This document shows positions 1 through 13,925 of a stretch of DNA of 64,000 nucleotides, in pieces. The stretch is taken from the NCBI GenBank assembly GCA_964016885.1, contig OZ024742.1, forward strand, positions 304,606,001 to 304,670,000, in the 5' to 3' direction. Numbering within the stretch: position 1 is the stretch's first letter; the number at the start of each line of letters is the position of its first letter. This DNA comes from Eledone cirrhosa. Its lineage: Eukaryota. The position numbers and the translations under genes were made by a program. The notes under the pieces are model-generated. The model was not told the origin of the DNA, did no database searches, and saw only the letters and a program-made list of their open reading frames with translations.

Positions 1-1
1 T

Positions 2-407
2 AATCGCTGCTTTCACCCTTATAGGGATCTTCTGAAACTAACAAAGTCAATCTGTGAACGCAGAAGTGAATATTTCAAAAAACGTATTTTCTTTGTAGAA
101 ATATTTAAATGTTGTTTCTGCATGATGAATATAAGTCAATAGAGTGCTCAACCGAGCATATTCATTATGCAGAAACATCTGAATATTTCTACAGAGAACA
201 TACGTTTTTTCAATATTCACTTCTGCGTTCACAGATTGACTTTGTTAGTTTCAGAAGATCCCGTTAAGGGTGAAAGCAGCGATTCTTTGCTTAAACTTTA
301 ATCTATTATTTCAATAAATATTTGCTCTACGGTTCTTATATATTTGATATATATTTATCCTTATCGAGCCCTCTTTGGATTTTAGTCTTCAAATTTATTA
401 TTATTAC

Positions 408-408
<1 letters not shown>
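2..408 (+). mobile_element. PLE-type 3'-end cassette (family A) with ~140-bp fold-back 5' arm; left arm runs off the window edge
   Basis: 2-~140 is the near-perfect reverse complement of ~160-284 (aatcgctgctttcaccctt...gaatatt / aatattcacttctgcg...gaaagcagcgatt), centre tgctcaaccgagca; ends in (TA)n. Other copies at 1397-1519(-), 50141-50295(+), 50515-50636(-). Confidence 0.7.
247..297 (+). ncRNA. Hammerhead-like motif, variant core (CAGAAGA, U4A)
   Basis: agttt-CAGAAGA-t-ccc gttaa ggg-t-GAAA-gca..tgc-TT-aaact: stems I, II and III pair; one core position deviates from CUGANGA. Confidence 0.4.
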
Positions 409-472
<64 letters not shown>

Positions 473-473
473 C

Positions 474-525
<52 letters not shown>
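409..525. repeat. (TA)n microsatellite
   Basis: Direct reading. Confidence 0.95.
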
Positions 526-526
<1 letters not shown>

Positions 527-528
<2 letters not shown>

Positions 529-1230
529 TATGAAGAGAGAAGAAACATTTAGATATAATTAGTAATAAAATGTATCATACCTAAACTGTTCCTAAATTCC
601 TCGACTACGTAGTTTCGTGGCATAAACAAAAACAATATATCAAAGATATAGAGTCCTTGCGAGGTCTGCCGACTTATCAAGAGGATACCTCATTTTACTA
701 GTCTCAAGAACGCGTCTACACGACGTGAGAAAGAATCCCAAAAGGCGGAGGGGGAGATAGTCACGCGATATAACGGTCGAGAAACAGAGCTAAGCCTCCT
801 ATAACCACGAAAAAAATACCACGGAGGCGGAAGGGGCATTCATATCGAGGCCGTAGAAGAGGTAGTGAAGAAGGCGAGAAGTATGAGTAATGGAAGCTTT
901 CCAGTTGTCCCCACACTTCAAAGATTGCTCGACCAGAGGGAGTTATTAATACATTTAGAAACACACAGATACATGCGGACACACACATATATACATGAAT
1001 GCATCCGCACCCAACTGTGAGTTAAGGGTGCCAACTTCACCGATGTTGCTCAATGAATGACTGGGACAGACCAATTCAGTTTGAACCAGACTGAACCAGT
1101 ATCAGAGTTAAAAATACATTATGAAGAGAGAAGAAACATTTAGATATAATTAGTAATAAAATGTATCATACCTAAACTGTTCCTAAATTCCTCGACTACG
1201 TAGTTTCGTGGCATAAACAAAAACAATATA
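527..1230 (-). mobile_element. Non-coding HHR-bearing element (family B) with ~115-bp terminal direct repeat, inserted in (TA)n
   Basis: 527-640 is repeated at 1117-1230 (cattatgaagagagaag...aaacaatatat); GC-richer non-coding interior; (TA)n on both sides. Confidence 0.7.
598..685 (-). ncRNA. Type I hammerhead ribozyme, U3-A8 variant, long stem II
   Basis: Minus strand: tcctc-TTGATAA-gtcggca...tgccac-GAAA-ctacgtag-TC-gagga; 5-bp stem I, palindromic stem III, GUC site. Confidence 0.7.
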
Positions 1231-1234
1231 TATA

Positions 1235-1281
<47 letters not shown>

Positions 1282-1286
1282 ATATA

Positions 1287-1519
<233 letters not shown>

Positions 1520-1899
1520 TCTTGATAATTTCAATGATGCCGCCCCACTGTTATACTAAATCACTCAATGTAAATAATTAAGAACTCTTCCATCGAAATG
1601 TGAACTAAAAAAGATGACTTAACAGTTTACAAAATATTCATTGTAATACTTTTATATTTTAAATAATAATTGTTACTATTTAACTAGTTATGTCAAGAAC
1701 ATTAGCAATGATATCAGAGATGCATATGAAGTAGACAATGATGATGGTAAGTATTATAAAGATTAAGATATCATAATGGTCAAGACGGTGACAAAGACGA
1801 TGCGTAATCATATTTCTAATGCTTACTTTTATAATAATCAGACGACGATAATAAATAAGATACTTATGATAATGTTAAGAATAGTCAGTATAATCAATC

Positions 1900-1909
1900 A
1901 TAGGGATAT

Positions 1910-1943
<34 letters not shown>

Positions 1944-2590
1944 AGGAAGGCGTGGGGAATTTGGTGAAACATAATGAGGATGGATGATGACACCTGCTAA
2001 GAAGAGGATGATATGATGGTGAGGAGAATGAGAATGATCATGCTGAGGATTTTTATTACTATTTCAACAACGTCGACAATGTGTATGATGACGACGATGA
2101 TGATCGTGATGAGGGAGTCGGAGCTGGTAGTATTGAACGTTATGGTGGTGGTATTAGAAGTTGGTGGTATTTGTTGGGATGAGGGTGATGATGATGACTG
2201 TGTCAGTGGGGTTGTAGCTGATTATGAAAGTGTTGATAATGATGATCGTGATTGTGATGGTACTGTTGGAAGTTGGTGGAAATGGTGGTGGTGATAAGTA
2301 GAAGGATAGTGGGGATGATTATTGTGGTGGCATTTTGTGGTATTGGTCGGGGATATAATGATAGTAGCCTTGGTATTGGTAGTGTTAGTTGTGGTGTTGT
2401 TTATAGTACTAGCGATGTTGTTGATGATCATGTTGGTGGTGCTTCTGACGTTGCTGTTGATGATAGGGTTGGTCGTGGTGCTGATGTAATGATGATCGTG
2501 GTCGTTTTGATTGTTTTGGTGGGGGTGAAGGAGAAGACGACAACTGTGATGGTGTTGTTGTTAACGTTGATGATGGTGGGGATATTTGTC
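1900..2590. repeat. Cryptic (GAT/GGT)n low-complexity tract
   Basis: gatgatgat and ggtggt runs; ORFs here are compositional artefacts. Confidence 0.85.
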
Positions 2591-4322
2591 AGTGTCGATA
2601 TTGACTTATGAGATTGGCGAAGGTGGAGTGAAAAGAATGTGCTGGAAAGAAGAGATAATGGAAGTAATTAGAGGTCGTCACGCTGTTAAACACCGGAGAG
2701 AGGCTTGCTGTTGTCACGAACTCGTGCTTCGAACCTATGCAAGAAGAATCGCCTGTTAAAGCCATCGGCGGATTCAATGTCTTTTTTATGAACGAATCTT
2801 ACGCTCGCAAACATATGTGTGTTTCTACGTGTAGAGAATGTGTGAGATAGGCTGGTAGCGAGGTGGGAGAGATGGGGAAAACAAAAGGAGAGAAGAAAAG
2901 ATAGAAGAAGTGAGACGAAAGAGGGAAGATAGCAACATTTATAAATTTGTATGAAGCGAAGTGGAAGTGGAAGTGAGAAAAATGGAGACATTGAAATTGG
3001 GATGGTTTTTGATATAACTATGGAGAGAAAGAGAAGGAAAAACTAAAGAATCTGAGTGTTAGTGAGATAGATATAAAGTAAGTGTGTACATGTGAGTGAG
3101 AAAGACAGAAAAAAATTCGATAACGATGTGAGAAGGATATTAGTATTAAGAGTGTGAAGAGAGAATATGAAGAAAATGAAAGATTCATGTTTGTGTGTGT
3201 GTGTGAAGGGGGATGAGGCTGAATGAGAGGTTCTATGTGTTGAGAGAGAGGAAGAGAGAGTAGTTAGAAAATACAGGCACAGGTGTTTGTGTATTTGAAA
3301 GAAGTATGGAGAAAATGAAGAGAGCACGGAAATGGTAAAGAATAGACTTGAGAGAGAAACATAATGTGAATAACAAAAAAGTACTAGAAGTAGATATAGC
3401 TAAATAGATAGATACATAGATATGGATGGATAGATGAATGGACAGAGATGAAAAGATATGGAGAGGGGAAACACTCCATGAGGAGTAGATAGGAATAAAA
3501 GCTACAAGAGGAAAAGAACAGCAAGGAAATGAATGTATAAAGGAATATTTGAAAACGTGAAGTAGAGCCCGAGAGTTTAGAGATTTAAAAGAATAATATT
3601 AGAATGCGAGAAGGAAACTACAGCAATAACAAGAGGGAGAAAGTGAGACGGAGGAACTGTATTTGTACGTGATTAGCTAAATTAGCCGGTATTTAAACAA
3701 GATGTGCCTGAATTGTGTGTACATGTGAATGTGGTTGAAAAAGAAAAGTTAAGTTGACCTAAAACAAAAAAGGATGATGTGAGTAGATGAGTATGGAAGG
3801 ACCATCCTAATTAGATCATAATATAAGCGGGTATTGAAGCTTCTGATAAGTAACCCAGAGCACAACGTCTATGTTAGTGGCAGGCTATTGGTTGTTCTGA
3901 TGAAAACTATAAGACAGACACGCACAGGACGACGCACGCATTTAAAAACATTTCTACAGAAACTCTAACTATATATAATTATAGATTAAGTGCAAATATA
4001 CACACACATAATATACATAAAGGTAACATGTTTGCATATACACACATATAAACATGTATATGTGCATGTATATATACGTATGTGTGTGCGAATGTGCGTG
4101 TACACATTTCCTATTTCTTCTTCCCTAACATTTATTCTGTTCTTCTTTTCTTCTCTCATTTACCTTACAGCCTCTTTCCTCTACTTGATTTTCTATTCTA
4201 TTTCAACTTCATGGTCTTCTGTTCGATCCTAATGCAAGGCACGTTGCTCATTTTTTCCACTACAGCCTTGGATTCGCCAATAACATGAGAATAATTTGTT
4301 AGATACATACAACTCAGCAGAA

Positions 4323-4620
4323 TTATATTAGAAAAATATTAGGCAATAAAATATTAACAAATTCTGCCTCTTTACCCGTTTGGGGGCAATATAATTTCAA
4401 TCCCCATTTCATATACCGGTGCAATATTTGATTAAGGGTATATTGCATGGCTAATGAGGCTTGGCAATATTTTTGTAAACAAAAGTTCATTATTTTTATA
4501 TCTGTCCTTTTTTTTAATTCCTGAAATGTTACATGAAATATCATCTAAACCACAATCAATTCATCTTTCTGGACATCCTCCAAAGCCGTTTCGTCAAACA
4601 CATTTTGGATATGTAAAAGA
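4323..4620 (-). pseudogene. Remnant of the C-terminal Cys-rich region of the putative VLIG pseudogene
   Basis: ttt gga gga tgt cca gaa aga tga att gat tgt ggt = FGGCPER*IDCG, resembling VLIG GCxxxCPFC; later RYMKWGL. Confidence 0.35.
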
Positions 4621-6956
4621 TAGGTAATTGAACCACTCACTGTGCAAATTGTCCGACAATATCGATTAAATGTTTCGACTATGAATTTCAATGGATAGAT
4701 TTTTGCAAGATAATATGCTCATCCTCATATCTTACACAACATTTTAGTATGCCTTTATTATTTTCTAACTTAAAATTATCATACATGAAATAAGGACCTT
4801 TCTAAATACTAAGGAACTATCGTCGGTGTGTCATTGTATGGCTTGTGATATTTATTCTGTATCATGTTATACAGCGCTCAAATCATGCTGTGGTATATTT
4901 GAGTGATTGCTGTAATCCGTAGCCTGTTCGTTGGGTGACATTAACCTTGCCCAATCTGTTATAAACATTCAGAAAAGGTTTTTGTTATAGAGATACACTT
5001 CTATTTCTATCTCAGTGGCATTACCGGGGGCTGGCCATTTACAATAAGCGAACGACTGTCCCTCTCTCATTGAAGAGACAGGACCATTTTTTATCTTGAT
5101 ATTGTTATTTTTATTCGCTGAGTCTATAAAATAAAATATCAGTTAATATCTGTGTGAAGATATTGAAAACATTATCAAGGTAGAAATAGTTTGCATGTGT
5201 GTCAGTTTCGATTCCCGATTGTAACTATTCCACTTTACCATCCATGCTTTTCAATAAAGCCCATACTTCTTCCCGTTTTTAGTTTTATTTATTTGTGAAA
5301 ATGTAAGTAATTAATCTACTCTGCTTTGCTTTTTAGTAAAAATCAATTGACTTCTACTTGAAACCATCTAAACGTTTATACATATAACCCTTCTCTATGG
5401 CCAAGTGTGATATATCACTCGGTACTAATTAAATGTATAAATGTATTTATGTCTTTTTGGATATTATTACACCATTCTAATATTAGGAAACAACCAACCC
5501 TGAACCACAGAATTATATGGATTTCTATAAAATCTTTTCAGAGCTTAAAAAAAGGGGAAGAAATGAAACTTTCACATCCAATACAATTTCCATACTTGAT
5601 AAGGGATTAACTAATTTAGTTTTAGAAGCATTAATGAACGATTGTTGGAATTCAAATTTAAACATAAACAAAACAAGTATAAAGCAGTTGGAACTTCTAC
5701 AAAAGCTGGCTGAAGGGAATCAAAGTGCGATTTCTATAGAGAACTAGATAGAGGAGAATATGAATGGGTTAAATGGTGCTTTAATTAACTGCTTTTGTCA
5801 CTGTAAACATTTGTCATGTTTGTTATTCCGTAAAGAATGCATTGGAAAGAAGTTTTCATGTTGTATTCATGAATGGTGAGTATATTCGTGTGCTGGTGTC
5901 ATCTTTACGTGGACGTTTCATAATTATGCTTTAAAAATACGTGGCTAATTATGTCATTGTATATACTGTTTAATGTACTAATCATTTAATATAAATTTAC
6001 CGACATAACTGTCTAAGCACATTGCGATAATGTCTAATAAAAATCTAATATGCTAGTAGTTATGCTAACTCTACTCCGAGTGATGAAATTCATTATTCTT
6101 ACGTAACAAATTCCTTACAAATCATTCGGCATGTTAAATAATAATTTGTGCGTCACTGATTGTTCTTACAAACAAACCATGTTTCTGCCAGTACGTGGAA
6201 CCCCATTTGCTCACCATACAGAGAGAGGGCGAGGGCGTGAGAGATGGTGGCGATGACAGTGGGAGTTCGCCTCTTCCATATCCTTGTTGTTATAATATAT
6301 ATTTATTATTTATATACATACTTAGCAACCTAAAATGTGTAATGAGGTGACACGTTTTAGGGAAAGAGCTTGCAATGATGTGTTGCACCTCTCTTAATCC
6401 TTTCAATACCATATGTCTAATGAGATACCTTGCTTATGTGTGTATGTTTTACAATCTAGATATGCCATGATAGATGAAATATATCTTTGTTGAAGCCATT
6501 ATACTGAATCGTATTGTACTGTCACATTAGACCTTGGTTTATAAATACACAAAATTCCAGCCAGACAGGATTTTGCTCACTAGAATATATAGGTTATAGG
6601 TGTTGTAGGGATAATGTCGAATACTCTTTCGTATGTCCCTGACACTATAATAGGAGGAACTGCATTGCATGGGTATCACCGACAGAAACTGTAATAGTAA
6701 CAAACTTTCTATAATTTCGAATTTAATATTTAGCATTCAAATCGTGATTTGAAATATATAATTATAAATAGAGATCAAGAATGTATTTTCGTAAAAATTG
6801 TACGAGAAGGCTCATTAGACGAAAGTACGGTTAGAGAGATATGTAATAAACTATATAATGGGAACGTAAGAAATAGAACATCGAAATTTGAATATCAAAA
6901 TAAAATACATGTTGTTTCTCTGGGCACACTTATCTTAGTGGGTTAGTCACAAAACT

Positions 6957-7436
<480 letters not shown>

Positions 7437-8698
7437 CACATTCAGATACATTTACGTGTGTATATATATTCTGTTAAAGCAAGAGTTGAGCAATTTGATG
7501 AAAGTAAGGAATCACATGTTGTGCATGCAAAATATTCTTGTCAACTTAAAGTTAGTTTAATGAATATTGCTGATTTTATACGAGACCTATTTCTCTTAAA
7601 AACGCACGGAAGCGTGTCTTTGATATTATTGCTTACATTGATTTGAAGCCAACATCAAGAATGACAGACTGTAGATAAAACAAACACACATTACACAGAT
7701 AGAAGGGAAGAGAAAAGGAGATTGAAAAGCCAGTATAGAAGTGTAGGAGAGACCACCACCTAGTTTCGATCACTGTCAATTTCTAATCAGTGAAAACAGC
7801 CGGCATCTTGCTGATGGAGTGACGTTTGATTATTGATCTTCATGACATTCGTGCCGCCATATTAAAATATAAATGAGAGTGGTGCAAAAACTTAAAATGG
7901 ACGTTTCAAGATTTGTTGTGACTAAAATTCTTCCGAATATCGTGACACTCCCAACTTGCCTTTTATCGCTTTTCTTTCTACTCACATGTCTCACACGACA
8001 TTACATCAAGCAGAATCGATTGCTCAAAGGTAGCGCGGAATCGACCGAAAGACTTGTGTAAGAGTTATGTGTATATCAGAAACTATCAAATGTAGACACA
8101 GATGTGAAGATACAGTTATATACACGTTACACGTTACACACACACACACACACACATACATACCCCCCCCCCCCCACACACACACACACAACACACACAA
8201 CACACACAACACACACGTTCGCATGCACCTATTTATTGATTAATCAAAGCATCAATCATCTGCCAATAAAATGTTTCCTTCTACACATATACCCGCTTAC
8301 ATATTTATTACAGGTACGATCCTTTTGACATATGCCCAGGATACCACACACACACACATGCACACACAGGCGCGCACGCACGCACACACACAAACACACA
8401 AACGCACAAACACACACACACACCAGTCTGTCTCTGACTATCGCCCCTCTCTCTATCGGCCTCTCTCTCTATCACTCTCTCACGCCCTCTTTCCCTTACT
8501 CTCTCTCTACTTATATACAAGTTTCTCCTCTCTTTCTATATATGTGTATGTACCTATCTATCTATCATGTGTGTCTCTTTCTAACTATAAAATAAATATT
8601 GAGGTTACCTCTTCCTAGGATATATCGCAGGATATCTTGATGTTTTATGAGACCATCTCATCCAAACTTAATTAGTCACGTCAAAATAAAAAAAATGT

Positions 8699-8755
8699 GG
8701 TGCCCCAGGATGGCCTCAGCCGGATGGCTAGAACAGGTAAAAGAGTAAAAGAGTA
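8699..8755 (+). mobile_element. Short 3' end of a SINE/LINE with (AAAGAGTA)n tail
   Basis: ggtgccccaggatggcctcagccggatggctagaacaggtaaaagagtaaaagagta; reverse-complement copy at 24168-24225. Confidence 0.65.
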
Positions 8756-10202
8756 GAGAAGGAATATGTACATATGTATGTTTCACGTTGCTATAAACTA
8801 CTCAGCTGACAACGATGAGCTGTACCTGTAATTCTATTGGGCAGGCTTGTCACACTGTGGTAAGTTGATTTTCATTGAGAACTACTTTAAGAGTACACAT
8901 GTCATTGGAATGCTTAGTCACTTCGCGTCAGCCTATTCCTTTGTTCGATCAACTGGAAGATTAGTCTTCTGAAGCAGCAGAAATCCGACATCAATAATAT
9001 ATATACATATATGACCATTTCACCTAACCTTATTAATGTGCTATATAGATGATTCCTCGTTCTTCTTTTAGTTCTTGTGAGCATATAAGGTACAACGGTA
9101 CTGTCTGAAATATCATTGATGAGCTGCAAGTTGTACTGTAATTTAGTTTGGTATCTTACATGCTTCAGGACAGATATAGCAGTGGGAGACTTCGTTATAC
9201 ATTCAGATAAGCTCTTAGTAATGTACTTCGAATCAATCAATAAAATTGGCCTCTTTTCCAGATAAAAACATATCAATATTTGCAAGGGCAGTGGAATGCA
9301 TAACGAATATTAATAGGTAGAATACTATATATAGTATTGATGGCATAGTTGATTTGGTGGTATATTGGTGGTACTGAAGATAGTATCCATGAAGTTTGAG
9401 GTGATGAGGGGTGTAGTCTCTACTTGTTGGTGAAACTAATCTTGTCAACGTCATGAGTATGAACATCGTCGAAATATATTCACGTAAGAGAAGCTATTCT
9501 AAGTAGATTAAGTTCACGTAATCCCCTTGAGTGCAACTGGGAATACACATTACTATAGTATTCCCCGCAATTTCTATATACTGACATTAACTCACTTTTG
9601 CACACAAACACACTTTTTCCATGTCGCTTTCACATACAAACGTTTATGGAACGCGAATGTATACATGCACACACAAGCTAAGTAGCATTTCCAGGCGCAC
9701 CCTCCTGTTTCCCCGCTCACCTAATAACACATGTAGATAGAATATTCAGGTTGTGCAAAGCAAATAGCAAAGAAAAATAACTTAGATAAATCTGTTATAT
9801 ATTTATTTATTTATGTTTATTTTTTTCTTTGACATAGATGTTTCTCAGCCGAGCATTTATATATAGACAGAGACGAGAGAGTATAGGTCAGAATGCAGGT
9901 TCACTTGGTTTGGCAATAGTATGAATTATGTATCTATAATTCCACAAATTCTGGAGTAAAATATGAAAATATCAGCCATATCAATATCAAAAAAACATGT
10001 TGGAATATGCACTCAGAAAGAACATTGGTTTTCGCAAATATGCTTTGCATAACCGTATGTAAATATGCCACTTCCACCTGCAGGGAATCCACTATGGGAT
10101 GCTCTCTTTTAATATGCCCTCTATAAGACGTACACAGATAGGAATTAATTTCAACGCATATAATTTTCTATTGGAGAAGATATCATATAATATAATCAAC
10201 AA

Positions 10203-10233
<31 letters not shown>

Positions 10234-11455
10234 TCTACTTCAGATCAGAGAACGACAGTTTCCTTCTCTTCAATTGCTTAAAATCAAAACCCTAGGGAGA
10301 ATATGTGCATTAGTTGGCTTTGGCTTTTCACACATGGGAGAAGTTCATTTTTACCTCGAATACAAAACACTAACGCGGAAAGGTGGATTCGAAATTAAAA
10401 GCATTGTAATATTACATTTACCGAATATTTTCTAATAAACCTTGAAAATGTTCAATTCTAGTAGACAAGTGAATGCTTCGAAAATATTAAATTTCTATTT
10501 TTTCTCGGGAATGATGAAAATAATGTCACTCTTCAAATTGTTAAAATGTTACTCGAATTTCAATGCAAGGAAATTAGTAGACACATTTAAAAGCTTTACA
10601 GGATTAAATGTCCTACGACTGCATTCTGAATCAAACTTTCTTAGGATTTATTTGCATTTCTTCTCATAAAAAGACGAGAAAATAAGTACTACTATTATAC
10701 TGCAGGCTATTTAATTTTCAATATAAAGGAAGAGCTATTTAATGGCAGACACATGAATATATGATTCTTGGAGAAAACAATTTTATATTTAAGCTATATT
10801 TGCGTCGTTAGAGGAGGAACAGTACTGCCCACTTGTGCTTTTCAGCCCCTCCCTCCATGTCTAGGGCATATAAGAAAGGAATAATTATTCGATTATACGC
10901 CTTGCTCAAATGCTTGCAACAGAATGGAGTAAAGTGGTAAGGGCACGCAAAATGAGTGTGTTGTTGTTAAAATCACGTGAACCGTCCTACAGGTGAATGT
11001 AAATCACGTTAAACGTAAAGATGACATAATAGTTAAAGTGTGTGCTTAATTTATGTGCATGAATGTATTTTAAATATTTAAACATGTGCGAGATATTGAA
11101 TGTGCAATATAAGTATTGTATATCAAATATCTGCACTTCAAACGATCAGAGACAATGATTTCTTGTCTAACTGCGTCATAAGGGGAAAACCACAAGCCGA
11201 AGTCTGTTCTGAATATTAATCTACTCTCTAATGAATTAAGTGAGATAAGAAATTTTAATTACTTTAATTGCATTGATTGTGAACAGTAACGTTGCCTTGA
11301 CTAAATCTGGCAAATTAAGACAAGGGAGGTTAACCCGAATTTAATTTATAAAGGAAAAATTCACATTTGTGCAGAGTTATTCTGATATTTAGCAGTAAAT
11401 GAAGTACCCACAGTGTACTTCATTTACTCCAGCTTTGCTCAAACCTTACATACTA

Positions 11456-11502
<47 letters not shown>

Positions 11503-11719
11503 TATACTTAAAATGCAGTGGGAATACGAAGAAAGCAAGAACGGGGGCCGGGGGAGTTTTCCTCATCAGTTGTCTACTGGGGGTCTCGGATATTTCTACG
11601 CTTTAAAGACAAGATATCTCATCCCAGGGCGTCAATAACTGGATAAGTTATTGGGAAAACGGAGGAGGAAGGGAAGGAAAACAAAAGGGAAGAGAAAACA
11701 GTAAACGATGTTTATTGTC

Positions 11720-12020
11720 AATTTGAAGGGGAGGGGAAAGTCGATGAAATCGACACCAATGCATTACTGGTGCTTTATTATCGACCCCGTAAGGATGAAA
11801 GGCAAAGCTAACCTCAGCGGGATTTGAACTGAGAACGTAAAGGGCCGTAACTCTATGCTGCGAAACATGTTGCCCGACGCTCTATCAATACTGCCAAATA
11901 ATAATTGTTTCTACTTTAGGCAGAAGGCCAGCAATAACCCAGTACATTACTGGTACTTTATTTTATCGACCCCGTAAGGATGAAAGGCAAAGTTAACCTC
12001 GGCGGGATTTGAACTCAGAT
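11720..12020 (-). mobile_element. Two tandem tRNA-derived SINE copies (long variant 11720-11899; short, 5'-truncated variant 11900-12020)
   Basis: Both contain ttatcgaccccgtaaggatgaaaggcaaag.taacctc.gcgggatttgaact; minus-strand B box GTTCAAATCC; (ATT)n tail on the short copy. Confidence 0.85.
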
Positions 12021-12889
12021 TAATGGAATGATGAAAGGAGAAATATATTTTAAAATGGGCCTGCTATATGAACATTGATTGAGTGGTAGTAAATTACAGG
12101 GGGAAATTCACGATAAATCTCTTAGGTGAGTATCAGCCAACATTAACTTCGAGCGTAGGTTACCATATTCTTAAATTTAAAAGGCATTATTATTGTGCAA
12201 ATAACAAAAATCAAAATCTGAAACTTCCCACAAAGTATTTAAAAAAAAAAAATGACAAACAGTCAAACAATCAAACATACGCAAACAACTATAAGTATGT
12301 ATTTATGTACGCGTATGTGTGTGTGTGTGTGTACTTATATGTCTATATTTGTGTAACTATTTGTATCCAGATGCAAATGTCATGTCGCAAACCCTTCCAG
12401 TTGTCAACTCTCCTACGGGCAACACTATATTTCGATATGTTTATATATATATTATTTTTCATATTATTTTTTACCTATCTACTTATAATACATACACACA
12501 CCATACACGCGTATGTATTCACATAGATACAAATGCTTTCTTTTATACATTTCATACAAATAAACACACTAAATATGCCTAAAAAATACAAATAAATATT
12601 GGTTCAGGGATTAATATACAACCCACCTCACCATTACCATACCAACCTTACATTTATACATTTTTCCTTCTTTTTCTATCATTCTCTGTCGGTCTTTTCC
12701 TACCTCTCCTCGTTCTATATGCTTATGGGAATATTGTCAAAGAAAGTAATAGAAAATAACAAAATAGACTGTCTCTGTGTGTACGCCTGGGTGTATGAAT
12801 TCATGCCTCTATGAATCTCTGTATCTATGCATGTCTGCGTATGTCTCTCTTTTTCACTCACCCTCATTCTTTATTCCTCTCTCTCTCTG

Positions 12890-13214
<325 letters not shown>

Positions 13215-13769
13215 CTTTTACCACTTCTACGATACAGAATGCTGTAGTTGACAGCTCCAATATTTTTTTAGTTTTTCAACATCTATCATCGTCAGTTTCT
13301 TAATATCTTCCTACAGGTTTTAGAGTATCATATTGACTGTGTGTATATGTGTATATACAGTTTGTACACACGGTCTTGTCTAATATTGCAAATGATTGTT
13401 ACTGTCTCTACGTATATACGGGAATGTGTGAGTGCGTGTGTGTGAGTGTTCATAAACACACACACAGTTAGATGGAGAGATATGTATTACTTATAGAAAG
13501 TTAGCCACATACAGTTTAGACACATTCATGTGAATATGAAATTGTTTCTGAATATAAGTAACGTGTATGGAAGTAATACGTGTGTGTGTGTACGTTTTTG
13601 ATATGTATTTTGAAATTTGATGCAAACATTCTGGTAATGTAGGTTATTTAATAATTTCGACTGTACTATGTATGAAAATAATATAATTTAATCAACATAT
13701 ACTGATTAAATATATCATTGCAATACATAATTGCTATTCTCCAATTTAGCTGTTGTCTTATTTTCTGCA

Positions 13770-13925
13770 AATGCCAGTCCCATCAATGTACCCCTTTTAC
13801 CTTCATCGATGTGTATAAACACATCATGCACTCTGGTATTGTTATGTACTAAAATTCTGCTCGCAGTCACAGGCAGTAGGTTTCAAAGCGATTCGCGAAC
13901 ATGACACGACTGAAGGTATTTGCCG
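13770..13925 (-). mobile_element. Ancient hAT transposase dimerisation-domain remnant
   Basis: IPSVVSCSRIALKPTACDCEQNFST...LMGLAF resembles the hAT C-terminal motif PxTSxxCERxFS...RLxGLA. Confidence 0.35.

Noticed and set aside
2670-2810. CpG-rich patch with GGTTCGAA (B-box-like) on the minus strand
   Set aside because: No cloverleaf could be folded, so it is not called a tRNA.
11500-11710. CTGATGA on the minus strand (~11553-11559) in a GC-rich insert
   Set aside because: No downstream GAAA or stem III closes a hammerhead.
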